Below are positions 14,651-29,200 of a DNA stretch of 64,000 nucleotides, one piece after another. The DNA lies in NCBI GenBank assembly GCA_964016885.1, contig OZ024743.1:378785419-378849418 (forward strand), read 5' to 3'. This DNA comes from Eledone cirrhosa. Its lineage: Eukaryota. The position numbers were made by a program, and so were the translations under genes. Within the stretch, counting starts at the first letter, position 1. Each line of letters starts with the position of its first letter. The notes below the pieces were generated by a model. The model had not been told where the DNA came from. It saw nothing but the letters and a program-made list of their open reading frames with translations, and ran no database searches.

Positions 14651-17600
14651 TACACCCCACCACTACCCCAGTTTCTCCTGCACCAGAGATAGAGAGAGTG
14701 TTTTACACCCCACCACTACCCCAGTTTCTCCAACACTAGAGAGAGAGAGAGTTTTGCACCCCACCACTACCCCAGTTTCTCCAACACTAGAGAGAGAGAG
14801 TGTTTTACACCCCACCACTACCCCAGTTTCTCCAACACTAGAGAGAGAGAGAGTTTTGCACCCCACCACTACCCCAGTTTCTCCAACACTAGAGAGAGAG
14901 AGAGTTTTGCACCCCACCACTACCCCAGTTTCTCCAACACTAGAGAGAGAGAGAGTTTTTAACCCCACCACTACCCCAGTTTCTCATACACTAGAGACAG
15001 AGAGAGTTTTACACCCCACCACTACCCCAGTTTCTCATACACTAGAGAGAGAGAGAGAGAGAGTTTTACACCCCACCACTACCCCAGTTTCTCATACACT
15101 AGAGACAGAGAGAGTTTTACACCCCACCACTACCCCAGTTTCTCATACACTAGAGAGAGAGAGAGAGTTTTACACCCCACCACTACCCCAGTTTCTCCTA
15201 CACTAGAGAGAGAGAGAATTTTACACCCCACCACTACCCCAGTTTCTCCTACACTAGAGAGAGAGAGCTTTACACACCACCACTACCCAAGTTTCTCCTA
15301 CACTAGAGAGAGAGTTTTACACACCACCACTACCCCAGTTTCTCCTACACTAGAGAGAGAGTTTTACACCCCACCACTACCCAAGTTTCTCCTACACTAG
15401 AGAGAGGCAGCGTTTTACACCCCACCACTACCCCCAGTTTCTCCTAAAATAGAGAGAGAGAGAGAGAGTTTTACACCCCACCACTACTCCAGTTTCTCCT
15501 ACACTAGAGAGAGAGTTTTACACCCAACCACTACCCCAGTTTCTCCTACACTAGAGAGAGAGAGAGTTTTACACCCCACCACTACCCCAGCTTCTCCTAC
15601 ACTAGAGAGAGAGTGAGTTTTACACCCCACCACTACCCCAGTTTCTCCTACATTACAGAGAGAGAGAGAGTTTTACACCCCACCACTACCCCAGTTTCTC
15701 CTACACTAGAGAGAGAGTTTTACACCCCACCGCGATCCCAGTTTCTCCTACACTAGAGAGAGAGTTTTGCACCCCACCACTACCCCAGTTTCTCCTACAC
15801 TAGAGAGAGAGTTTTACACCCCACCATTACCCCTGTTTCTCCTACACTAGAGAGAGAGTTTTACACCCCACCATTACCCCAGTTTCTCCTACACTAGAGA
15901 GAGAGTTTTACACCCCACCACTACCCCAGTTTCTCCTACACTAGAGAGAGAGTTTTGCACCCGACCACTACCCCAGTTTCTCCTACACTAGAGAGAGAGT
16001 TTTGCACCCCACCACTACCCCAGTTTCTCCTACACTAGAGAGAGAGTTTTGCACCCCACCACTACCCCAGTTTCTCCTACACTAGAGAGAGAGTTTTACA
16101 CCCCACCACTACCCCAGTTTCTCCTACAATAGAGAGAGAGAGAGAGTTTTACACCCCACCACTACCCCAGTTTCTCCTACACTAGAGAGAGAGTTTTGCA
16201 CCCCACCACTACCCCAGTTTCTCCTACACTAGAGAGAGAGTTTTACACCCCACCACTACCCCAGTTTCTCCTACACTAGAGAGAGAGTTTTACACCCCAC
16301 CATTACCCCAGTTTCTCCTACACTAGAGAGAGAGTTTTACACCCCACCACTACCCCAGTTTCTCCTGCACCAGAGATAGAGAGAGTGTTTTACACCCCAC
16401 CACTACCCCAGTTTCTCCAACACTAGAGACAGAGAGAGTTTTGCACCCCACCACTACCCCAGTTTCTCCAACACTAGAGAGAGAGAGTGTTTTACACCCC
16501 ACCACTACCCCAGTTACTCCAACACTAGAGAGAGAGAGAGTTTTTAACCCCACCACTACCCCAGTTTCTCATACACTAGAGACAGAGAGAGTTTTACACC
16601 CCACCACTACCCCAGTTTCTCATACACTATAGAGAGAGAGAGAGTTTTACACCCCACCACTACCCCAGTTTCTCATACACTAGAGACAGAGAGAGTTTTA
16701 CACCCCACCACTACCCCAGTTTCTCATACACTAGAGAGAGAGAGAGAGTTTTACACCCCACCACTACCCCAGTTTCTCATGCACTAGAGAGAGAGAGAGA
16801 GTCTTACACCCCACCACTACGCCAGTTTCTCCTACACTAGAGAGAGAGAGAGTTTTACACCCCACCACTACCCCAGTTTCTCCTACACTAGAGAGAGAGT
16901 TTAACACCCCACCACTACCCAAGTTTCTCCTACACTAGAGAGAGGCAGCGTTTTACACCCCACCACTACCCTAGTTTCTCCTACACTAGAGAGAGAGAGT
17001 TTTACACCCAACCACTACCCCAGTTTCTCCTACACCAGAGAGAGAGTTTTGCACCCCACCACTACTCCAGTTTCTCCTACACTAGAGAGAGGCAACGTTT
17101 TACACCCCACCACTACCCCAGTTTCTCCTAAAATAGAGAGAGAGAGAGAGTTTTACACCCCACCACTACTCCAGTTTCTCCTACACTAGAGAGAGAGTTT
17201 TACACCCAACCACTACCCCAGTTTCTCCTACACTAGAGAGAGAGTGAGTTTTACACCCCACCACTACCCCAGTTTCTCCTACACTAGAGAGAGAGAGAGC
17301 TTTACACCCCACCACTACCCCAGCTTCTCCTACACTGGAGAGAGAGTTTTGCACCCCACCACTACCCCATTTTCTCCTAATCTAGAGAAAGAGAGAGGTT
17401 TACACCCAACCACTACCCCAGTTTCTCCTACACTATAGAGAGAGAGAGTTTTACACACCACCACTACCCCAGTTTCTCCTACATTAGAGAGAGAGAGAGA
17501 GTTTTACACCCCACCACTACCCCAGTTTCTCCTACAGTAGAGAGAGAGTTTTACACCCCACCGCTACCCCAGTTTCTCCTACACTAGAGAGAGAGTTTTG

Positions 17601-20600
17601 CACCCCACCACTACCCCAGTTTCTCCTACACTAGAGAGAGAGTTTTACACCCCACCATTACCCCTGTTTCTCCTACACTAGAGAGAGAGTTTTACACCCC
17701 ACCATTACCCCAGTTTCTCCTACACTAGAGAGAGAGTTTTACACCCCACCACTACCCCAGTTTCTCCTACACTAGAGAGAGAGTTTTGCACCCGACCACT
17801 ACCCCAGTTTCTCCTACACTAGAGAGAGAGTTTTGCACCCCACCACTACCCCAGTTTCTCCTACACTAGAGAGAGAGTTTTGCACCCCACCACTACCCCA
17901 GTTTCTCCTACACTAGAGAGAGAGTTTTACACCCCACCCCTACCCCAGTTTCTCCTACAATAGAGAGAGAGAGAGAGTTTTACACCCCACCACTACCCCA
18001 GTTTCTCCTACACTAGAGAGAGAGTTTTGCACCCCACCACTACCCCAGTTTCTCCTACACTAGAGAGAGAGTTTTACACCCCACCATTACCCCAGTTTCT
18101 CCTACACTAGAGAGAGAGTTTTACACCCCACCACTACCCCAGTTTCTCCTGCACCAGAGATAGAGAGAGTGTTTTACACCCCACCACTACCCCAGTTTCT
18201 CCAACACTAGAGAGAGAGAGAGTTTTGCACCCCACCACTACCCCAGTTTCTCCAACACTAGAGAGAGAGAGTGTTTTACACCCCACCACTACCCCAGTTA
18301 CTCCAACACTAGATAGAGAGAGAGTTTTGCACCCCACCACTCCCCCAGTTTCTCCAACACTAGAGAGAGAGAGAGAGTTTTGCACCCCACCACTACCCCA
18401 GTTTCTCCAACACTAGAGAGAGAGAGAGTTTTTAACCCCACCACTACCCCAGTTTCTCATACACTAGAGAGAGACAGAGAGTTTTACACCCCACCACTAC
18501 CCCAGTTTCTCATACACTATAGAGAGAGAGAGAGTTTTACACCCCACCACTACCCCAGTTTCTCATACACTATAGAGAGAGAGAGAGTTTTACACCCCAC
18601 CACTACCCCAGTTTCTCATACACTATAGAGAGAGAGAGAGTTTTACACCCCACCACTACCCCAGTTTCTCATACACTATAGAGAGAGAGAGAGTTTTACA
18701 CCCCACCACTACCCCAGTTTCTCATACACTATAGAGAGAGAGAGAGTTTTACACCCCACCACTACCCCAGTTTCTCATACACTATAGAGACAGAGAGAGT
18801 TTTACACCCCACCACTACCCCAGTTTCTCATACACTATAGAGACAGAGAGAGTTTTACACCCCACCACTACCCCAGTTTCTCATACACTATAGAGAGAGA
18901 GAGAGTTTTACACCCCACCACTACCCCAGTTTCTCATACACTAGAGACAGAGAGAGTTTTACACCCCACCACTACCCCAGTTTCTCATACACTAGAGAGA
19001 GAGAGAGAGTTTTACACCCCACCACTACCCCAGTTTCTCATGCACTAGAGAGAGAGAGAGAGTCTTACACCCCACCACTACGCCAGTTTCTCCTACACTA
19101 GAGAGAGAGAGAGTTTTACACCCCACCACTACCCCAGTTTCTCCTACACTAGAGAGAGAGTTTAACACCCCACCACTACCCAAGTTTCTCCTACACTAGA
19201 GAGAGGCAGCGTTTTACACCCCACCACTACCCTAGTTTCTCCTACACTAGAGAGAGAGAGTTTTACACCCAACCACTACCACAGTTTCTCCTACACCAGA
19301 GAGAGAGTTTTGCACCCCACCACTACTCCAGTTTCTCCTACACTAGAGAGAGGCAACGTTTTACACCCCACCACTACCCCAGTTTCTCCTAAAATAGAGA
19401 GAGAGAGAGAGCTTTACACCCCACCACTACCCCAGCTTCTCCTACACTAGAGAGAGAGTGAGTTTTACACCCCACCACTACCCCAGTTTCTCCTACATTA
19501 CAGAGAGAGAGAGAGTTTTACACCCCACCACTACCCCAGTTTCTCATACACTGGAGAGAGAGTTTTGCACCCCACCACTACCCCATTTTCTCCTAATCTA
19601 GAGAGAGAGAGAGGTTTACACCCAACCACTACCCCAGTTTCTCCTACACTAGAGAGAGAGAGAGTTTTACACCCCACCACTACCCCAGTTTCTCCTACAC
19701 TAGAGAGAGAGTTTTACACCCCACCACTACCCCAGTCTCTCCTACACTAGAGACAGAGAGAGAGAGTTTTACACCCCACCACTACCCCAGTTTCTCCTAC
19801 ACTAGAGATAGAGTTTTACACCCCCACCACTACCCCATTTTCTCCTACGCTAGAGAGAGAGAGAGTTTTACACCCCACCACTACCCCAGTTTCTCCTACA
19901 CTAGAGAGAGAGTTTTACACCCCACCACTACCCCAGTCTCTCCTACACTAGAGACAGAGAGAGAGAGTTTTACACCCCACCACTACCCCAGTTTCTCCTA
20001 CATTAGAGATAGAGTTTTACACCCCACCACTACCCCAGTTCTCCTACACTAGAGAGAGAGTTTTACACCGCACCACTACCCCAGTTTCTCCTACACTAGA
20101 GAGAGAGAGAGTTTTACACACAACCACTACCCCAGGTTCTCCTACACTAGAGAGAGAGAGTTTTACACCCCACCACTACCCCAGTTTCTCCTACACTAGA
20201 GAGACATAGACAGTTTTACACCCCACCACTGCCGCTGTTTCTCCTACAATAGAGAGAGAGAGTTTTACACCCCACCACTACCCCAGTTTCTCCTACACTA
20301 GAGACAGAGAGAGTTTTACACCCCACCACTACCCCAGTTTCTCCTACGCTAGTGAGAGAGTTTTACACCCCACCACTACCCCAGTTTCTCCTACACTAGA
20401 GAGAGAGAGAGAGTTTTACACCCCACCACTACCCAGTTTCTCCTACGCTAGAGAGAGAGTTTTACACCCCACCACTACCCCAGTTTCTCCTACACTAGTG
20501 AGAGAGAGAGAGTTTTACACCCCACCACTACCGCAGTTTCTCCTACACTAGAGAGAGAATTTTACACACCACCACTGCCGCAGTTTCTCCTACATTAGAG

Positions 20601-23600
20601 AGAGTGAGTTTTACACCCCACCACTACCCCAGTTTCTCCTACACTAGAGAGTGAGAGAGAGTTTTACACCCCACCACTACCCCAGTTTCTCCTACACTAG
20701 AGAGAGAGAGAGAGTTTTACACCCCACCACTACCCCAGTTTCTCCTACACTAGAGAGAGAGAGAGAGTTTTACACCCCACCACTACCCCAGTTTCTCCTA
20801 CGCTAGAGAGAGAGTTTTACACCCCACCACTACCCCAGTTTCTCCTACACTAGAGAGAGAGAGAGAGAGTTTTACACCCCACCACTACCGCAGTTTCTCC
20901 TACACTAGAGAGAGAGTTTTACACACCACCACTGCCGCAGTTTCTCCTACACTAGAGAGAGAGAGTTTTACACCCCACCACTACCCCAGTTTCTCCTACA
21001 CTAGAGAGAGAGAGAGAGTTTTACACCCCACCATTACCCCAGTTTCTCCTACACTAGAGAGAGAGAGAGAGTTTTACACCCCACCACTACCCCAGTTTCT
21101 CCAACACTAGAGAGAGAGAGAGTTTTTAACCCCACCACTACCCCAGTTTCTCATACACTAGAGACAGAGAGAGTTTTACACCCCACCACTACCCCAGTTT
21201 CTCATACACTATAGAGAGAGAGAGAGTTTTACACCCCACCACTACCCCAGTTTCTCATACACTAGAGACAGAGAGAGTTTTAGACCCCACCACTACCCCA
21301 GTTTCTCATACACTAGAGAGAGAGAGAGAGTTTTACACCCCACCACTACCCCAGTTTCTCATACACTAGAGAGAGAGAGAGAGTTTTACACCCCACCACT
21401 ACCCCAGTTTCTCCTACACTAGAGAGAGAGAGAGTTTTACACCCCACCACTACCCCAGTTTCTCCTACACTAGAGAGAGAGTTTTACACCCCACCACTAC
21501 CCTAGTTTCTCCTACACTAGAGAGAGAGAGTTTTACACCCAACCACTACCCTAGTTTCTCATACACTAGAGAGAGAGAGAGAGTTTTACACCCCACCACT
21601 ACCCCAGTTTCTCCTACACTAGAGAGAGAGAGAATTTTACACCCCACCACTACCCCAGTTTCTCCTACACTAGAGAGAGAGAGCTTTACACACCACCACT
21701 ACCCAAGTTTCTCCTACACTAGAGAGAGAGTTTTACACACCACCACTACCCCAGTTTCTCCTACACTAGAGAGAGAGTTTTACACCCCACCACTACCCAA
21801 GTTTCTCCTACACTAGAGAGAGGCAGCGTTTTACACCCCACCACTACCCCCAGTTTCTCCTACAATAGAGAGAGAGAGAGAGAGTTTTACACCCCACCAC
21901 TACTCCAGTTTCTCCTACACTAGAGAGAGAGTTTTACACCCAACCACTACCCCAGTTTCTCCTACACTAGAGAGAGAGAGAGTTTTACACCCCACCACTA
22001 CCCCAGCTTCTCCTACACTAGAGAGAGAGTGAGTTTTACACCCCACCACTACCCCAGTTTCTCCTACATTACAGAGAGAGAGAGAGTTTTACACCCCACC
22101 ACTACCCCAGTTTCTCCTACACTAGAGAGAGAGTTTTACACCCCACCGCTACCCCAGTTTCTCCTACACTAGAGAGAGAGTTTTGCACCCCACCACTACC
22201 CCAGTTTCTCCTACACTAGAGAGAGAGTTTTAAACCCCACCATTACCCCTGTTTCTCCTACACTAGAGAGAGAGTTTTACACCCCACCATTACCCCAGTT
22301 TCTCCTACACTAGAGAGAGAGTTTTACACCCCACCACTACCCCACTTTCTCCTACACTAGAGAGAGAGTTTTGCACCCGACCACTACCCCAGTTTCTCCT
22401 ACACTAGAGAGAGAGTTTTGCACCCCACCACTACCCCAGTTTCTCCTACACTAGAGAGAGAGAGTTTTGCACCCCACCACTACCCCAGTTTCTCCTACAC
22501 TAGAGAGAGAGTTTTACACCCCACCACTACCCTAGTTTCTCCTACAATAGAGAGAGAGAGAGAGTTTTTAACCCAACCACTACCCCAGTTTCTCCTACAC
22601 TAGAGAGAGAGTTTTGCACCCCACCACTACCCCAGTTTCTCCTACACTAGAGAGAGAGTTTTACACCCCACCACTACCCCAGTTTCTCCTACACTAGAGA
22701 GAGAGTTTTACACCCCACCATTACCCCAGTTTCTCCTACACTAGAGAGAGAGTTTTACACCCCACCACTACCCCATTTTCTCCTGCACCAGAGATAGAGA
22801 GAGTGTTTTACACCCCACCACTACCCCAGTTTCTCCAACACTAGAGAGAGAGAGAGTTTTGCACCCCACCACTACCCCAGTTTCTCCAACACTAGAGAGA
22901 GAGAGTGTTTTACACCCCACCACTACCCCAGTTTCTCCAACACTAGAGAGAGAGAGAGTTTTGCACCCCACCACTACCCCAGTTTCTCCAACACTAGAGA
23001 GAGAGAGAGTTTTGCACCCCACCACTACCCCAGTTTCTCCAACACTAGAGAGAGAGAGAGTTTTTAACCCCACCACTACCCCAGTTTCTCATACACTAGA
23101 GAGAGAGAGAGAGTTTTACACCCCACCACTACCCCAGTTTCTCATACACTAGAGACAGAGAGAGTTTTACACCCCACCACTACCCCAGTTTCTCATACAC
23201 TATAGAGAGAGAGAGAGTTTTACACCCCACCACTACCCCAGTTTCTCCAACACTAGAGACAGAGAGAGTTTTACACCCCACCACTACCCCAGTTTCTCAT
23301 ACACTATAGAGAGAGAGAGAGTTTTACACCCCACCACTACCCCAGTTTCTCATACACTAGAGACAGAGAGAGTTTTACACCCCACCACTACCCCAGTTTC
23401 TCATACACTAAAGAGAGAGAGAGAGTTTTACACCCCACCACTACCCCAGTTTCTCATGCACTAGAGAGAGAGAGAGAGTCTTACACCCCACCACTACGCC
23501 AGTTTCTCCTACACTAGAGAGAGAGAGAGTTTTACACCCCACCACTACCCCAGTTTCTCCTACACTAGAGAGAGGCAGCGTTTTACACCCCACCACTACC

Positions 23601-26600
23601 CTAGTTTCTCCTACACTAGAGAGAGAGAGTTTTACACCCAACCACTACCCCAGTTTCTCCTACACCAGAGAGAGAGTTTTGCACCCCACCACTACTCCAG
23701 TTTCTCCTACACTAGAGAGAGGCAACGTTTTACACCCCACCACTACCCCAGTTTCTCCTAAAATAGAGAGAGAGAGAGAGTTTTACACCCCACCACTACT
23801 CCAGTTTCTCCTACACTAGAGAGAGAGTTTTACACCCAACCACTACCCCAGTTTCTCCTACACTATAGAGAGAGTGAGTTTTACACCCCACCACTACCCC
23901 AGTTTCTCCTACACTAGAAAGAGAGAGAGAGTTTTACACCCCACCACTACCCCAGCTTCTCCTACACTAGAGAGAGAGTGAGTTTTACACCCCACCACTA
24001 CCCCAGTTTCTCCTACATTACAGAGAGAGAGAGAGTTTTACACCCCACCACTACCCCAGTTTCTCCTACACTGGAGAGAGAGTTTTGCACCCCACCACTA
24101 CCCCATTTTCTCCTAATCTAGAGAGAGAGAGAGGTTTACACCCAACCACTACCCCAGTTTCTCCTACACTATATAGAGAGAGAGTTTTACACACCACCAC
24201 TACCCCAGTTTCTCCTACATTAGAGAGAGAGAGAGAGTTTTACACCCCACCACTACTCCATTTTCTCCTAAACTAGAGAGAGAGAGAGTTTTTAACCCAA
24301 CCACTACCCCAGTTTCTCCTACACTAGAGAGAGAGAGAGTTTTACACCCCACCACTACCCCAGTTTCTCCTACACTAGAGAGAGAGTTTTACACCCCACC
24401 ACTACCCCAGTCTCTCCTACACTAGAGACAGAGAGAGAGAGTTTTACACCCCACCACTACCCCAGTTTCTCCTACACTAGAGATAGAGTTTTACACCCCC
24501 ACCACTACCCCATTTTCTCCTACGCTAGAGAGAGAGAGAGTTTTACACCCCACCACTACCCCAGTTTCTCCTACACTAGAGAGAGAGTTTTACACCCCAC
24601 CACTACCCCAGTCTCTCCTACACTAGAGACAGAGAGAGAGAGTTTTACACCCCACCACTACCCCAGTTTCTCCTACATTAGAGATAGAGTTTTACACCCC
24701 ACCACTACCCCAGTTCTCCTACACTAGAGAGAGAGTTTTACACCGCACCACTACCCCAGTTTCTCCTACACTAGAGAGAGAGAGAGTTTTACACACAACC
24801 ACTACCCCAGAGTCTCCTACACTAGAGAGAGAGAATTTTACACCCCACCACTACCCCAGTTTCTCCTACGCTAGAGAGAGAGAGAGTTTTACAATCCACC
24901 ACTGCCCCAGTTTCTCCTACACTAGAGAGACATAGACAGTTTTACACCCCACCACTGCCGCTGTTTCTCCTACAATAGAGAGAGAGAGTTTTACACCCCA
25001 CCACTACCCCAGTTTCTCCTACACTAGAGACAGAGAGAGTTTTACACCCCACCACTACCCAGTTTCTCCTACGCTAGAGAGAGAGTTTTACACCCCACCA
25101 CTACCCCAGTTTCTCCTACACTAGAGAGAGAGAGAGAGTTTTACACCCCACCACTACCGCAGTTTCTCCTACACTAGAGAGAGAGTTTTACACACCACCA
25201 CTGCCGCAGTTTCTCCTACATTAGAGAGAGAGAGTTTTACACCCCACCACTACCCCAGTTTCTCCTACACTAGAGAGAGAGAGAGAGTTTTACACCCCAC
25301 CACTACCCCAGTTTCTCCTACACTAGAGAGAGAGTGAGAGTTTTACACCCCACCACTACCCCAGTTTCTCCTACGCTAGAGAGAGAGTTTTACACCCCAC
25401 CACTACCCCAGTTTCTCCTACACTAGAGAGAGAGAGAGAGTTTTACACCCCACCACTACCGCAGTTTCTCCTACACTAGAGAGAGAGTTTTACACACCAC
25501 CACTGCCGCAGTTTCTCCTACACTAGAGAGAGAGAGTTTTACACCCCACCACTACCCCAGTTTCTCCTACACTAGAGAGAGAGAGAGAGAGTTTTACACC
25601 CCACCACTACCCCAGTTTCTCCTACACTAGAGAGAGAGAGAGAGTTTTACACCCCACCACTACCCCAGTTTCTCCAACACTAGAGAGAGAGAGAGAGTTT
25701 TACACCCCACCACTACCCCAGTTTCTCCTACACTAGAGAGAGAGAGAGAGTTTTACACCCCACCACTACCCCAGTTTCTCCAACACTAGAGAGAGAGAGA
25801 GAGTTTTTAACCCCACCACTACCCCAGTTTCTCATACGCTAGAGACAGAGAGAGTTTTACACCCCACCACTACCCCAGTTTCTCATACACTATAGAGAGA
25901 GAGAGAGTTTTACACCCCACCACTACCCCAGTTTCTCATACACTAGAGACAGAGAGAGTTTTACACCCCACCACTACCCCAGTTTCTCATACACTAGAGA
26001 GAGAGAGAGAGTTTTACACCCCACCACTACCCCAGTTTCTCATACACTAGAGAGAGAGAGAGAGTTTTACACCCCACCACAACCCCAGTTTCTCCTACAC
26101 TAGAGAGAGAGAGAGTTTTACACCCCACCACTACCCCAGTTTCTCCTACACTAGAGAGAGAGTTTTACACCCCACCACTACCCTAGTTTCTCCTACACTA
26201 GAGAGAGAGAGTTTTACACCCAACCACTACCCCAGTTTCTCCTACACCAGAGAGAGAGTTTTACACCCCACCACTACTCCAGTTTCTCCTACACTAGAGA
26301 GAGGCAACGTTTTACACCCCACCACTACCCCAGTTTCTCCTAAAATAGAGAGAGAGAGAGAGTTTTACACCCCACCACTACCCCAGTTTCTCCAACACTA
26401 GAGAGAGAGAGAGTTTTGCACCCCACCACTACCCCAGTTTCTCCAACACTAGAGAGAGAGAGTGTTTTACACCCCACCACTACCCCAGTTTCTCCAACAC
26501 TAGAGAGAGAGAGAGTTTTGCACCCCACCACTACCCCAGTTTCTCCAACACTAGAGAGAGAGAGAGTTTTGCACCCCACCACTACCCCAGTTTCTCCAAC

Positions 26601-29200
26601 ACTAGAGAGAGAGAGAGTTTTTAACCCCACCACTACCCCAGTTTCTCATACACTAGAGACAGAGAGAGTTTTACACCCCACCACTACCCCAGTTTCTCAT
26701 ACACTATAGAGAGAGAGAGAGTTTTACACCCCACCACTACCCCAGTTTCTCATACACTAGAGACAGAGAGAGTTTTACACCCCACCACTACCCCAGTTTC
26801 TCATACACTAGAGAGAGAGAGAGAGTTTTACACCCCACCACTACCCCAGTTTCTCATGCACTAGAGAGAGAGAGAGAGTCTTACACCCCACCACTACGCC
26901 AGTTTCTCCTACACTAGAGAGAGAGAGAGTTTTACACCCCACCACTACCCCAGTTTCTCCTACACTAGAGAGAGAGTTTTACACCCCACCACTACCCAAG
27001 TTTCTCCTACACTAGAGAGAGGCAGCGTTTTATACCCCACCACTACCCTAGTTTCTCCTACACTAGAGAGAGAGAGTTTTACACCCAACCACTACCCCAG
27101 TTTCTCCTACACCAGAGAGAGAGTTTTACACCCCACAACTACTCCAGTTTCTCCTACACTAGAGAGAGGCAACGTTTTACACCCCACCACTACCCCAGTT
27201 TCTCCTAAAATAGAGAGAGAGAGAGAGTTTTACACCCCACCACTACTCCAGTTTCTCCTACACTAGAGAGAGAGTTTTACACCCAACCACTACCCCAGTT
27301 TCTCCTACACTAGAGAGAGAGTGAGTTTTACACCCCACCACTACCCCAGTTTCTCCTACACTAGAGAGAGAGAGAGTTTTACACCCCACCACTACCCCAG
27401 CTTCTCCTACACTAGAGAGAGAGTGAGTTTTACACCCCACCACTACCCCAGTTTCTCCTACATTACAGAGAGAGAGAGAGTTTTACACCCCACCACTACC
27501 CCAGTTTCTCCTACACTAGAGAAAGAGTTTTGCACCCCACCACTACCCCATTTTCTCCTAATCTAGAGAGAGAGAGAGGTTTACACCCAACCACTACCCC
27601 AGTTTCTCCTACACTAGAGAGAGAGAGAGTATTACACACCACCACTACCCCAGTTTCTCCTACACTAGAGAGAGAGTTTTACACCCCACCACTACCCCAG
27701 TCTCTCCTACACTAGAGACAGAGAGAGAGAGTTTTACACCCCACCACTACCCCAATTTCTCCTACACTAGAGATAGAGTTTTACACCCCCACCACTACCC
27801 CATTTTCTCCTACGCTAGAGAGAGAGAGAGTTTTACACCCCACCACTACCCCAGTTTCTCCTACACTAGAGAGAGAGTTTTACACCCCACCACTACCCCA
27901 GTCTCTCCTACACTAGAGACAGAGAGAGAGAGTTTTACACCCCACCACTACCCCAGTTTCTCCTACATTAGAGATAGAGTTTTACACCCCACCACTACCC
28001 CAGTTCTCCTACACTAGAGAGAGAGTTTTACACCGCACCACTACCCCAGTTTCTCCTACAATAGAGAGAGAGAGAGTTTTACACACAACCACTACCCCAG
28101 GTTCTCCTACACTAGAAAGAAAGAGTTTTACACCCCACCACTACCCCAGTTTCTCCTACGCTAGAGAGAGAGAGAGTTTTACAATCCACCACTGCCCCAG
28201 TTTCTCCTACACTAGAGAGACATAGAGAGTTTTACACCCCACCACTGCCGCTGTTTCTCCTACAATAGAGAGAGAGAGTTTTACACCCCACCACTACCCC
28301 AGTTTCTCCTACACTAGAGACAGAGAGAGTTTTACACCCCACCACTACCCCAGTTTCTCCTACGCTAGTGAGAGAGTTTTACACCCCACCACTACCCCAG
28401 TTTCTCCTACACTAGAGAGAGAGAGAGAGTTTTACACCCCACCACTACCCAGTTTCTCCTACGCTAGAGAGAGAGTTTTACACCCCACCACTACCCCAGT
28501 TTCTCCTACACTAGAGAGAGAGAGAGAGTTTTACACCCCACCACTACCGCAGTTTCTCCTACACTAGAGAGAGAGTTTTACACACCACCACTGTCGCAGT
28601 TTCTCCTACATTAGAGAGAGAGAGTTTTACACCCCACCACTACCCCAGTTTCTCCTACACTAGAGAGTGAGAGAGAGTTTTACACCCCACCACTACCCCA
28701 GTTTCTCCTACACTAGAGAGAGAGAGAGAGTTTTACACCCCACCACAACCCCAGTTTCTCCTACACTAGAGAGAGAGAGAGAGTTTTACACCCCACCACT
28801 ACCCCAGTTTCTCCTACGCTAGAGAGAGAGTTTTACACCCCACCACTACCCCAGTTTCTCCTACACTAGAGAGAGAGAGAGAGTTTTACACCCCACCACT
28901 ACCCCAGTTTCTCATACACTAGAGAGAGAGAGAGAGTTTTACACCCCACCACTACCCCAGTTTCTCCTACACTAGAGAGAGAGAGAGTTTTACACCCCAC
29001 CACTACCCCAGTTTCTCCTACACTAGAGAGAGAGTTTTACACCCCACCACTACACAAGTTTCTCCTACACTAGAGAGAGGCAGCGTTTTACACCCCACCA
29101 CTACCCTAGTTTCTCCTACACTAGAGAGAGAGAGTTTTACACCCAACCACTACCCCAGTTTCTCCTACACTAGAGAGAGAGTTTTACACACCACCACTGC
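14650..29200. repeat. Domain B: mosaic subarray with CTCATA, GGCAGCG/GGCAACG, ATTACAGAG, TAATCTAG and GAGACATAGA variants
   Basis: These markers first appear after ~14.9 kb and recur in shuffled blocks: GGCAGCG at ~15406, 16945, 19205, 21822, 23575, 27021; TAATCTAG at ~17378, 19594, 24114, 27559. Boundaries are approximate, and a B block is re-copied at ~34.8-38 kb. Confidence 0.8.
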
